A stretch of DNA of 64,000 nucleotides, taken from IMG/VR virus record IMGVR_UViG_3300025407_000887; one strand, given 5' to 3'. The position numbers and the translations under genes were made by a program. Numbering within the stretch: the stretch's first letter is position 1; every line of letters begins with the position of its first letter. This document shows, piece by piece, positions 22,528-31,040 of the stretch. The notes under the pieces are model-generated. The model saw only the letters and a program-made list of their open reading frames with translations. It was not told the DNA's origin and did not search any database. Source of the stretch: an uncultured virus (IMG/VR IMGVR_UViG_3300025407_000887). Its lineage: Duplodnaviria > Heunggongvirae > Uroviricota > Caudoviricetes.

Positions 22528-24188
22528 CCAGTGCAATTAACCCAAACACCATTTCGACAACTTTTCCCATAGAAGGACAAGATAATCCTAGCCAAGGATT
22601 TCGTACTAATTTTGCCGCGATTGCTGGTAATTTTACAACTGCTTATAACGAAATAACAGATTTACAATCTAAAGCGTTAGTTTCTACACAACTAGGAACA
22701 GGAGTTAGTACACCCGCAGTTAATAATTTGCTGGGTGCTACTATTAGCAATGGTTTATATCAATTGTTTTCTGGAACTTATTATAGTGCCACTAATGTTA
22801 GCGGTGCTGTAAATATTGATCTAAGTCAAGGTGCTGTACAAAAATTTATTCTATCAGGTAATACTACATTTACATTTAGTTTAACTGGCGGTACAACAGG
22901 ATTTCCAACTTATCCAGGTACAACAGGATTATATTCAAGTGCTATTATTTTAATACAAAGCACTGGAACTGCTGTATGTTCTCCTACATTTGCAACAACA
23001 GCAGGAACTATTTCTTACGATAATAATTTTCCAATCAGTCCAAGTACAGGCACTTCTGGATTTGTAGTAGGTGGTGAAGGTGTTTCTTCTATTGTGGTAT
23101 CTAATGCAGGATCGGGTTATACTAGCCCTGCTACTATTTCTTTTACCGGTGGTAGTCCAATTACTAATGCTATTACACCAGTAGCAAGTGCAACTTATAC
23201 TATTGTCAATGCTGGAACTTCATCCCTTACTCCATTAACTAACAATACAACATTTGCAACATCAGTTGCTGTAACTGCAACTAGTGGAACAGGTTCTACT
23301 GTTACATTAACTTTTGCTCAAAACACACAGGCAAGTGGTATTACGCCATACACTATTGGTCAAACTATTGTTGTTTCAGGATTAGTTCCTGCTGGTTACA
23401 ACGGAGTTTGGACTGTTACTGGTGGTAGTGCTACCACAGTAACTTATAATTGTACAGCTACTGGTAATATGACTAGCAGTGCTGGTGCAGGAATTATTCA
23501 AGGTGGCATTGGCGGTAAAGGATATGCACTTGGCGATCTTGTACAAATTGCAGGAGTTTCTAATACTACTTTTGCTGTGGCATCAATCGCAAATACATTT
23601 GTAGGAACTGTTAGTAATTCTTCATCTTCTATGACTGTTTATGATTTTACTAATATTGCATCTGGAATGTCTATAACTACAACTACTGCTGGATTGATTC
23701 CAGCTGGTACATACATTGGAACTGTTACTCCTGGATTTCCAGGATCTATTACACTAGTAGCCAGCAATGGTTCAACTCCTGTAGTGACCACCGGAGCAGG
23801 AACTGCTATATTCACATATAATCCTGCAAGTGGAACTACTGTTGGCCCAATCGCAACATTAACCAGTTTCCCACAAGGAACACTTACAAGTCCTATTTCG
23901 TTAACTACATCATTGCGTAATATTATTACAGTTAGTGGTGGTGGAAGCGGAGCACGTTTAGCAGTTAGTTGCGGTATTGGTGCTATTAATGTTACTACTC
24001 CTGGTAAAGGTTATACATCGACAGCACCAACTGTTGTTATATCAAGCAACGGTAATCATACTGGTACTGACAATGCGGCAGGTACTGCTACATTAACCAG
24101 TGGCACAAGTCTTCAAACTACAAAAATACTAGCATGGACTGTTAATAACGGCAGTAATGTTTATTTAAGATACGAAGGTCAATTCTAA
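22524..24188 (+). CDS. Tail/baseplate structural protein
   Basis: GQDNPSQGFRTNF N-terminus, GSGYTS/GKGYTS repeats, late box at 22487-22493. Confidence 0.65.
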   Translation: MTSAINPNTISTTFPIEGQDNPSQGFRTNFAAIAGNFTTAYNEITDLQSKALVSTQLGTGVSTPAVNNLLGATISNGLYQLFSGTYYSATNVSGAVNIDLSQGAVQKFILSGNTTFTFSLTGGTTGFPTYPGTTGLYSSAIILIQSTGTAVCSPTFATTAGTISYDNNFPISPSTGTSGFVVGGEGVSSIVVSNAGSGYTSPATISFTGGSPITNAITPVASATYTIVNAGTSSLTPLTNNTTFATSVAVTATSGTGSTVTLTFAQNTQASGITPYTIGQTIVVSGLVPAGYNGVWTVTGGSATTVTYNCTATGNMTSSAGAGIIQGGIGGKGYALGDLVQIAGVSNTTFAVASIANTFVGTVSNSSSSMTVYDFTNIASGMSITTTTAGLIPAGTYIGTVTPGFPGSITLVASNGSTPVVTTGAGTAIFTYNPASGTTVGPIATLTSFPQGTLTSPISLTTSLRNIITVSGGGSGARLAVSCGIGAINVTTPGKGYTSTAPTVVISSNGNHTGTDNAAGTATLTSGTSLQTTKILAWTVNNGSNVYLRYEGQF

Positions 24189-24418
24189 TGCATCCATTAG
24201 TTGGCGATTTAAAAGATTTAAAAGATTCTGAAATTGACAGTAAGATTAATGATCTTACTCAAAAATACTTTATGACTAGAAACCCTGGACTGCAAGCTCA
24301 AATGGTTGCTGTTTTGGAAACTTATAAAGAAGAACAGCGAAAAAGACAAAAATTGGCTTTAGAAAAAATGATGGCCAATCGCGATAAAACACTTGACAAA
24401 CTAGTCAAGGTCAGTTAA
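24188..24418 (+). CDS. Hypothetical coiled-coil protein
   Basis: 76-aa ORF coupled to the upstream gene by TAATG overlap. Confidence 0.65.
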   Translation: MHPLVGDLKDLKDSEIDSKINDLTQKYFMTRNPGLQAQMVAVLETYKEEQRKRQKLALEKMMANRDKTLDKLVKVS

Positions 24419-24428
24419 AGTATAGGCT

Positions 24429-24938
24429 ATGCGCCTAGATAAATTCGGTAATCCTATTTTTAATTCACAAGATATATTCAAATTCCTTTATCAAGGAAAA
24501 CTTACCAACCTCAAAGATATCACAGTAGACTATACTGAAGAAATTGGAGAGTTGGAACAAACTGCTGGATTTACATTCCAAAGATTTAACGAACAGCTTG
24601 AATCTATCGATATTGCAGATTTCGATAGTGCATTACAAAGTGACTGGTTCATGCCTCCCGAATATAGAGATTTCAATGTAGAAGAATGGTGTCTTGCCAA
24701 ATGTACCACTCAGCAACAAAAAGACAGAGTGTTAGATGAAATGAATGCTTACAACGAAAGAGGCATGTTACCGTTACTGCAATGGACTAAACATTTTGTG
24801 GACACTTGTAACGAAAATGGTATAGTTTGGGGTGTAGGACGAGGTTCTAGTGTAGCCAGTTTTGTACTGTATTTGCTAGGTGTACATCAAATAGATTCGG
24901 TCAAATATAATTTAGACTGGCAGGAATTCCTGAGATAA
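24429..24938 (+). CDS. DNA polymerase III alpha (DnaE)-like fragment
   Basis: WGVGRGSSVASFVLYLLGVHQIDSVKYNL matches the DnaE GxGRGS region; only 169 aa. Confidence 0.8.
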   Translation: MRLDKFGNPIFNSQDIFKFLYQGKLTNLKDITVDYTEEIGELEQTAGFTFQRFNEQLESIDIADFDSALQSDWFMPPEYRDFNVEEWCLAKCTTQQQKDRVLDEMNAYNERGMLPLLQWTKHFVDTCNENGIVWGVGRGSSVASFVLYLLGVHQIDSVKYNLDWQEFLR

Positions 24939-24965
24939 GTAGTAGTATATTAAGGAGAGTTAAAA

Positions 24966-25265
24966 ATGGCTCAAAAACAAATTTATAAATCAGCTCGCGG
25001 TAAAGAAGTCGATATGCTTAAACTTATGAAGCAGAACGAAATGACTGTTGCTGTCGGCAATGCCAAAGTTAATGCTCGTGGAGATAAACTTGGAGTAAAC
25101 GGAGAAATTATCAAGCGTAGAGAAGAGATCATAGCAGAAGGTGCAGGTGCTACTATTCCTAATCAAGTTAATGTTCGTCCCCAAGAAGAAAAAATTGTGC
25201 CAGCAGTGACAACAATTCCTACCAAAAAAGACATTAAAAATCAAGATCCGGAAGGGAACGAATAA
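24966..25265 (+). CDS. Hypothetical protein
   Basis: AGGAG SD; ATAAGTA late-like box at 24935-24941. Confidence 0.7.
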   Translation: MAQKQIYKSARGKEVDMLKLMKQNEMTVAVGNAKVNARGDKLGVNGEIIKRREEIIAEGAGATIPNQVNVRPQEEKIVPAVTTIPTKKDIKNQDPEGNE

Positions 25266-25699
25266 TGGATTTAAAAGGTATTGGTCACGAAGGTATTAAA
25301 CCTAAAGTACGAGGCAAACTTATCCCGATACGTAACAATGTTCTTGTTACTGATATGGATTTTGGAGAAAGAAAACTGGGTATGTTTATTTTACCTAGCG
25401 ATGATGGCAAAGCCGAGGGTGTACGTCATCGTTGGTGTCGAGTTTGGGCAGTAGGCCCTGAACAAAAAGATGTCAAAGTCGGAGAATGGATCTTATTAGA
25501 ACATGGTCGTTGGACTCGTGGTGTTACTGTTGTAGAAGATGACGGTACTGAAATCATCATTCGTCGTGCTGACGTAAACGCCATTCTAATGGTAAGTGAT
25601 GATAAACCGGAAGAAAAATACCTAAATACATATGGCGCACACTCTAAAGTGCAACATCAAGAATGGGATCCCGCCCAGTTTGCCGGACCTCAATTTTAA
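25265..25699 (+). CDS. groES: GroES-like co-chaperonin
   Basis: LIPIRNNVLV, VWAVGP, DVKVGEWIL pattern of the Cpn10 family. Confidence 0.75.
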   Translation: MDLKGIGHEGIKPKVRGKLIPIRNNVLVTDMDFGERKLGMFILPSDDGKAEGVRHRWCRVWAVGPEQKDVKVGEWILLEHGRWTRGVTVVEDDGTEIIIRRADVNAILMVSDDKPEEKYLNTYGAHSKVQHQEWDPAQFAGPQF

Positions 25700-25720
25700 A
25701 ATTAATTTTACCAAACTACT

Positions 25721-25747
25721 ACAGGACTCTAGACAAGTCCTGTTTTT
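25721..25747 (+). terminator. Intrinsic terminator after the groES-like gene
   Basis: ACAGGACT (25721-25728) / AGTCCTGT (25736-25743) 8-bp stem followed by a T tract. Confidence 0.7.
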
Positions 25748-25758
25748 ACCTGTACAAT
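25730..25758 (+). promoter_or_regulatory. Sigma70-type promoter for the clamp loader gene
   Basis: TAGACA-17 nt-TACAAT. Confidence 0.6.
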
Positions 25759-25778
25759 AAGCAAAACAAAGGAATCTT

Positions 25779-26696
25779 ATGAAAGAACTATGGGTAGAAA
25801 AATATCGTCCTAAAACAATCGATGGATATGTTTTTAGAGATACACATCAAAGAGAACAAATTGAAAGCTGGATTAAACAAGGAAGTATCCCTCATCTGTT
25901 ATTCAGCGGTAATGCAGGAATTGGTAAAACTACCTTAGCTAAGATTCTACTAAATGAGTTAGAAGTAAATGATTTAGATGTATTAGAAATTAATGCAAGC
26001 CGTACCAACTCAGTTGAGGATGTACGTGATAAAATTGTAAGTTTTGTCCAAATGATTCCGTTTGGCGACTTTAAGGTGGTGTTGTTAGATGAAGCAGATT
26101 ATTTGTCTCCAAATGCTCAAGCGGCATTGCGTGGAGTTATGGAAGAGTATCACACTACTGCACGTTTTGTTCTTACTTGTAACTATCCTAATCGTATTAT
26201 TCCTGCCTTACATAGTAGATGTCAAGGATTCCATATTGAAAGGGTGGACATTACAGAGTTTACTGCTCGTGTTGCTACTATCCTAGTAGAAGAAAATGTC
26301 GATTTTGATTTAGATACACTAGATTCTTTTGTCAAAGGAACTTATCCAGATTTGCGTAAATGTATTAATACTGTACAGATGAATAGTATGGAAGGTAAAT
26401 TGCATACACCCGAAAAGGCAGATACAGGGCAAGCTGATTATAAAATTCAAATGGTTGATTTATTTAAAGCAGGAAAGATTAGCGAAGCAAGAAAACTAGT
26501 ATGTAGTCAAGCACGACCAGAAGAGATGGAAGAAATTTACAGATGGTTGTATGACAATGTCGAGATATTCGGCGACGATGCTACACAAGAAAAAGCTATA
26601 CTACGAATAAAACAAGGTTTAGCCGACAACACTCTTGTGAGTGATCCCGAAATAAACCTTGCCGCAACGTTAATTCATTTGAGTCATTTGGTGTAA
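25779..26696 (+). CDS. Clamp loader subunit (T4 gp44 / RFC small subunit-like)
   Basis: LWVEKYRP, GNAGIGKTT Walker A, LLDEADYL Walker B, SRC motif. Confidence 0.93.
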   Translation: MKELWVEKYRPKTIDGYVFRDTHQREQIESWIKQGSIPHLLFSGNAGIGKTTLAKILLNELEVNDLDVLEINASRTNSVEDVRDKIVSFVQMIPFGDFKVVLLDEADYLSPNAQAALRGVMEEYHTTARFVLTCNYPNRIIPALHSRCQGFHIERVDITEFTARVATILVEENVDFDLDTLDSFVKGTYPDLRKCINTVQMNSMEGKLHTPEKADTGQADYKIQMVDLFKAGKISEARKLVCSQARPEEMEEIYRWLYDNVEIFGDDATQEKAILRIKQGLADNTLVSDPEINLAATLIHLSHLV

Positions 26697-26703
26697 TAAT
26701 ACA

Positions 26704-27423
26704 CTAATCTCCATACACAGCTAACACCTCCTTCACTGCGTTATGGCGTTCTATGTCTCTGGCATCGAATTCTACTATATCTAAATGTTTTAGAATTGGA
26801 TGCTCTTGTAATAAATTACAAAAATCCATCAAGCCATTGTCTTTTAAACGATCGGCTTGATTTAAATCTCCTGTCACTACCATTTTACTTCCCTCGCCTA
26901 AACGAGTCAACAGCATTTTCATTTGATTTACTGTAGCATTTTGCATTTCGTCTGCTACTATATATGCGTTTTTGAATGTACGGCCACGCATATAGGCCAA
27001 TGGACTTATCTCAATAACACCTTCCTCTAGCATTTTTGCTATGTCTTTTTGATGATAATAGTCCGCAAATACATCAAATATAGGTCTTGTCCACGGTGCC
27101 ATTTTTTCATTTAATGTACCTGGTAAGAATCCTAGATCTTCATCTACGGACACGGCGGGTCTTGTCACTACGATTTTGTCCACAATCCCTTCTTGCAACA
27201 TCTTAATACCATGCTGAACCGCTAGCATAGTTTTACCTGTACCGGCAGGACCGATAGCAAATACTATACTTTTAGTTTCATCTTGGAGTTTTTGGACGTA
27301 TGTGGCCTGATTAGAGTTACGTGGGTAAAGACTCACTCTCGGCTTTTTCGCGGGAAGATACTGCGGAAAATCTATAATGTTAACTTCTGATGTAAAACGC
27401 TTTTTCACTCGTTGTTTACTCAT
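26704..27423 (-). CDS. phoH: PhoH-like ATPase
   Basis: GPAGTGKT, LGFLPG, YMRGRTF, DEMQN, GDLNQAD. Confidence 0.95.
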   Translation of the reverse strand: MSKQRVKKRFTSEVNIIDFPQYLPAKKPRVSLYPRNSNQATYVQKLQDETKSIVFAIGPAGTGKTMLAVQHGIKMLQEGIVDKIVVTRPAVSVDEDLGFLPGTLNEKMAPWTRPIFDVFADYYHQKDIAKMLEEGVIEISPLAYMRGRTFKNAYIVADEMQNATVNQMKMLLTRLGEGSKMVVTGDLNQADRLKDNGLMDFCNLLQEHPILKHLDIVEFDARDIERHNAVKEVLAVYGD

Positions 27424-27430
27424 TAAGTTG

Positions 27431-27494
27431 CTCCTACTTTACTGTTAAAGTAGGACTTGTAGTGACCGCCTTTGATAACTACAGAGGTCCTACA
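27431..27494 (-). promoter_or_regulatory. Structured 5' leader of phoH with two mutually exclusive hairpins
   Basis: 10-bp stem 27432-27441/27446-27455 covers the SD; alternative stems 27450-27456/27487-27493 and 27458-27463/27478-27483. Confidence 0.6.
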
Positions 27495-27583
27495 CTATTA
27501 TTTAACGTATTCCTAGAAAAGTAAACTAATACGTTATGATTTTGAACCAGCTAAATAAGTATAGAGAATTCTAGGATCAATAC

Positions 27584-28195
27584 ATGCACCACGACATATT
27601 AGATGTTATTAAAAACATACAAGAACTATACGAAAACAATTCTAGCCTTGCGGTTTTGAAGGACTTTGAACGTGTTTTTGAAGAGATGGACGTATACGTC
27701 TATGAAAACTGGATCGATGGTGAATTAGCATACGGCCCTAAAGTGGACCGTCATTGGATTACAGCCGGCTTTATGTGGCCTAAAGACAAGATGCCTAATC
27801 CGACTGCTGGCAAGCGTTTAATGGAATTAGGTTGTAAAGTTACATATCAAAAGAGTCATTTGCTAGAACCACGCAAAATTAAAAGTCCCCAGGACCTACG
27901 TCCAGGAAGTAAAAAAGGTAAACTAGATCGTAAACCTATTTGGATTGTAGAAGTACAGATGCCTAAACATATTGCTTTTGAAATTTATCAAGGCTACATG
28001 TTTAAGATGAAAGGTAAAGATAAAGACCATATGTTAACTAACGATCAAGGTAGTGCGCCAGCACCAGCACCGCAAGCACCAGGTGGTGGAATGCCTCCAC
28101 CAGCACCAGGCGGAGCACCGGCACCAGGAGCCGCACCAGGAGCCGCACCAGGCGGGGTAACTCCAGGCGGAGCACCAGGCGGAGTAGCACAATGA
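27584..28195 (+). CDS. Hypothetical late protein with Pro/Gly/Ala-rich tail
   Basis: CTAAATA at 27551-27557; 203-aa ORF. Confidence 0.7.
   Translation: MHHDILDVIKNIQELYENNSSLAVLKDFERVFEEMDVYVYENWIDGELAYGPKVDRHWITAGFMWPKDKMPNPTAGKRLMELGCKVTYQKSHLLEPRKIKSPQDLRPGSKKGKLDRKPIWIVEVQMPKHIAFEIYQGYMFKMKGKDKDHMLTNDQGSAPAPAPQAPGGGMPPPAPGGAPAPGAAPGAAPGGVTPGGAPGGVAQ
28054..28185 (+). repeat. Coding low-complexity GCACCAGG-type repeats (PGGAPAPG)
   Basis: Many gcacca(g)/gcaccagg copies in a locally GC-rich stretch. Confidence 0.8.
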
Positions 28196-28923
28196 AATTA
28201 GATGAAAATTTGCGAGCTGGAGATCTGAGAAACTTAGTTAAAAAAGTTTTTGAAATTGACAGTTATAAAAGTAAAATCGGTGATGATGAAGATATTTGTG
28301 TATTAAGTTTTACCGTAGACACTGAGGAACCTGCTAAAGATTTAGAAAATTTCTTTGAGATGGGTTATAGCTTTGTTTTGGATTCGGATGTTACTCCAGG
28401 TGAATTAGACGATGGTAAATATCGTGTATATGTTGAAATTGAAAGATCAAGACATATTGGCGAACAAATTTTTGAATTAATTGAAGGTGTTAAAAAATTA
28501 ACAGGCATGGAAGACATGCGTTTTAGATATTTCAAAAGTTTTAAAAGCGAGCCTGCTACCGTCGAAAGTTTAAGTGCAATAGTACCTAAGGATAAAAATT
28601 CTTACAAAATTGCTACTCAAGAAAACAAACTAAATAATTTTAGTGAATTTTTTAAACGTAGTTATGCTGACAACATAGTTGTCTTAGATGAAAGTATTAC
28701 ATTCAAAAGAGTGTACAGTGGTGAAGTAACATTTAATATTGTAGAAAGTGGACCTAAAGATATAATTCACAATATGATCAAAGGTCCAATTTTATTAGAA
28801 AACAAAGACATGGCAGAAGTTATGTTTTTAACTAAAGTTATTGGTAACTATAACATTGTTAAAGTTGGCAAGACATTTATATTTGAAAATACAAACTGGG
28901 CTGTAGCCCTTGAAAGGAAATAA
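28192..28923 (+). CDS. Hypothetical protein, probable head component
   Basis: ATGA overlap with upstream gene; MKLDE N-terminus. Confidence 0.65.
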   Translation: MKLDENLRAGDLRNLVKKVFEIDSYKSKIGDDEDICVLSFTVDTEEPAKDLENFFEMGYSFVLDSDVTPGELDDGKYRVYVEIERSRHIGEQIFELIEGVKKLTGMEDMRFRYFKSFKSEPATVESLSAIVPKDKNSYKIATQENKLNNFSEFFKRSYADNIVVLDESITFKRVYSGEVTFNIVESGPKDIIHNMIKGPILLENKDMAEVMFLTKVIGNYNIVKVGKTFIFENTNWAVALERK

Positions 28924-29558
28924 TGATGGCAGACGGATTTACATTTGATTTTAGTTTAACAAAGTGTACAGCTATACTTGGAAATAACCCATACAGCGAA
29001 CATTGGTATGAAGCATTGTGCAAAGTATTGCCCGATTACGATATCAACACACCAGAGCGTGTAGCCTGTTTCTTAGGCCAGACCATGGTAGAATCAGCAG
29101 GCTATACAGCTATTGTTGAAAATCTAAACTATCGTCCAGAAACACTTATGAAAGTGTGGCCACACTATTTTCCTACAATGGAAATAGCAAATCAATATGC
29201 TCACCAACCAGAAAAGATTGCTAATCGTGCTTATGGCGGACGTATGGGCAATGGTCCTGAAGAATCAGGAGACGGTTTTAAATATTGCGGCCGTGGACTA
29301 ATTCAATTGACTGGTAAAAGCAATTACGAACGTTTTGCAGAAAGCATTGATACTCCGCTAGAAGAAGTTCCAGAATTTTTAACAACATTTGAAGGCTGTG
29401 TACAATCAGCTTGCTGGTTCTGGGAAGCAAACAATTTAAATGCACTAGCAGATCAAATTGATGTACTTGGATTAACTAAGAAAATTAATGGCGGTACATT
29501 AGGTCTACAAGAACGTCAACAACATACTGCTAACGCACAACAAGTATTACAGGGATAA
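28923..29558 (+). CDS. Endolysin, glycoside hydrolase family 19
   Basis: FLGQTMVES, ENLNY, YCGRGLIQLTGKSNY, TKKINGG. Confidence 0.9.
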   Translation: MMADGFTFDFSLTKCTAILGNNPYSEHWYEALCKVLPDYDINTPERVACFLGQTMVESAGYTAIVENLNYRPETLMKVWPHYFPTMEIANQYAHQPEKIANRAYGGRMGNGPEESGDGFKYCGRGLIQLTGKSNYERFAESIDTPLEEVPEFLTTFEGCVQSACWFWEANNLNALADQIDVLGLTKKINGGTLGLQERQQHTANAQQVLQG

Positions 29559-29559
29559 T

Positions 29560-30012
29560 ATGTGGCAATTTCAATGGATGATGAGTCTAATACCTGATGC
29601 AATATTAAACTGGATTTACTGGGCTATAATTGCAGTAGGACTTACAGGTATGGTTGCAAGTTGGATTGGAAAATTTATTCCGTTCTACGGCAAATATGTA
29701 AGAATATTAAAACCTGTTGGAATTGCACTAGTAATTTTAGGTGTATGGTTACGCGGCGGCTACGATGTCGAGATGGCGTGGAAAGCAAAAACAGCAGATC
29801 TCGAGTCTAAAGTAGCTGTGTCTGAAAAGCAAAGTAAGGATGCCAACAATCAATTACAAGATGCATTAAAAGGAAAAACTAAAGTTATCCACAATGTACA
29901 AGTTGTTGTCAAAGAACATATTGTACACGATGCTTCGGCCATAGATGCAGAATGTAAACTTGCTCCAGAAGCAATTAAGGATCTTAATGATGCCGCAGGA
30001 GTAATCAAATGA
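29560..30012 (+). CDS. Inner-membrane spanin (Rz-like)
   Basis: N-terminal TM helices then coiled coil; follows endolysin and precedes a lipoprotein. Confidence 0.7.
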   Translation: MWQFQWMMSLIPDAILNWIYWAIIAVGLTGMVASWIGKFIPFYGKYVRILKPVGIALVILGVWLRGGYDVEMAWKAKTADLESKVAVSEKQSKDANNQLQDALKGKTKVIHNVQVVVKEHIVHDASAIDAECKLAPEAIKDLNDAAGVIK

Positions 30013-30278
30013 AAAGATTACTAATTTTATCAATTATTGTTTTACTTGCAGGATGCAGTACAGCAGTTCCTGTTCAAAGACATTTTCCAGATGTACCTGC
30101 TGATATGAAGGTAGCGTGTCCAGATTTAAAATTAATCGATCCAAATACAAGCAAACTAAGCGATTTAATTTTAGTAGTCAGTGATAATTACGAACAATAT
30201 AAAGAATGCAAAATTAAAATAGACGCATGGATTGAATGGTATAATACTCAGGAAAAAATATTCGATAGCGTCAAATAA
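30009..30278 (+). CDS. Outer-membrane spanin lipoprotein (Rz1-like)
   Basis: Lipobox LLAGC, Pro-rich segment, additional Cys residues. Confidence 0.75.
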   Translation: MKRLLILSIIVLLAGCSTAVPVQRHFPDVPADMKVACPDLKLIDPNTSKLSDLILVVSDNYEQYKECKIKIDAWIEWYNTQEKIFDSVK

Positions 30279-30305
30279 ATAGTAGTACAACAAATAGGAG
30301 CGACT

Positions 30306-30782
30306 ATGTCAATGAGTCAGAGCGAAAAGAAAAAAGAAGATTGGATGAACAGTAAATGGCGTCCAATGATGGGCTGGATGTATATGCTAGTCTGTACTAT
30401 GGATTTTGTAGGATTTCCAGTCCTATGGAGTTTATTACAAGCCATGTCCCATGGGCAAGTTAATAGCCAATGGCAACCATTAACACTTCAAGGCGCCGGT
30501 TTATTCCATATCGCAATGGGTGCCATTATTGGTGTAAGTGCATACGGTCGTACACAGGAAAAATTAAACGGTGCTAACAACGGCGGATTAAGTATGCCAA
30601 CTAATGTTGGAACAACATATACTCCACCTGCTCCAATAACAACTCCTGTGCCAGCAGTAACACCAGTAGCAACTCCTGTAACAGCAGTAACACCAGTAGC
30701 AACTCCTGTAACAGCAGTAACACCAGCAGTAAACGCAAGCGGTAAGAAAGTTATTCCAACATTTTCGCAACCAGCACTATAA
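30306..30782 (+). CDS. Holin-like membrane protein (3TM/GTA-holin-like)
   Basis: WRPMMGW motif, TM segments, YGRTQEK; within lysis cassette; late box at 30275-30281. Confidence 0.65.
   Translation: MSMSQSEKKKEDWMNSKWRPMMGWMYMLVCTMDFVGFPVLWSLLQAMSHGQVNSQWQPLTLQGAGLFHIAMGAIIGVSAYGRTQEKLNGANNGGLSMPTNVGTTYTPPAPITTPVPAVTPVATPVTAVTPVATPVTAVTPAVNASGKKVIPTFSQPAL
30641..30730 (+). repeat. Three tandem 30-bp coding repeats (TPV[PT]AVTPVA)
   Basis: aactcctgt(g/a)(c/a)cagcagtaacaccag(t/c)ag(c/t) at 30641, 30671 and 30701. Confidence 0.9.
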
Positions 30783-30793
30783 GGAAAAATAAA

Positions 30794-30970
30794 ATGAAAA
30801 AAATATTAGCATTAGTAATTTCGGCATGTGTACTAGCTAGTACTCCTGCATTTGCAGAAACTAAAAAGCCAGCACCAAAAAAAGAAGTTAAACATCATAA
30901 AAAGGCAGAAGGTACAGAAATCGCAGGTACCAAACCCGATACAGTAGTTCAAAAGAAAAAGAAAAAGTAA
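30794..30970 (+). CDS. Small secreted Lys-rich protein (58 aa)
   Basis: AAGGA SD; signal peptide MKKILALVISACVLASTPAFA; not in the ORF track. Confidence 0.7.
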   Translation: MKKILALVISACVLASTPAFAETKKPAPKKEVKHHKKAEGTEIAGTKPDTVVQKKKKK

Positions 30971-30979
30971 TTCAAATCT

Positions 30980-31008
30980 TTGACAGGCTCCGTTTAAGAT
31001 AGTATAAT
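30980..31008 (+). promoter_or_regulatory. Consensus sigma70 promoter for dnaJ-def-clpA
   Basis: TTGACA (30980-30985)-17 nt-TATAAT (31003-31008). Confidence 0.85.
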
Positions 31009-31034
31009 TACTATTATTAATTGGAGCCTTTTTT
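30985..31034 (+). terminator. Long hairpin plus T tract ending the lysis transcript
   Basis: AGGCTCC/GGAGCCT outer stem, ATAGTA/TACTAT inner stem, TTTTTT. Confidence 0.6.
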
Positions 31035-31040
31035 ACGACC

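Noticed and set aside
30641..30730. 30-bp direct repeats as a possible mini-CRISPR, and the Cys/Tyr/Trp-rich antisense ORF 30588-30770
   Set aside because: Repeats are contiguous with no spacers, in frame within the holin-like gene; no cas genes
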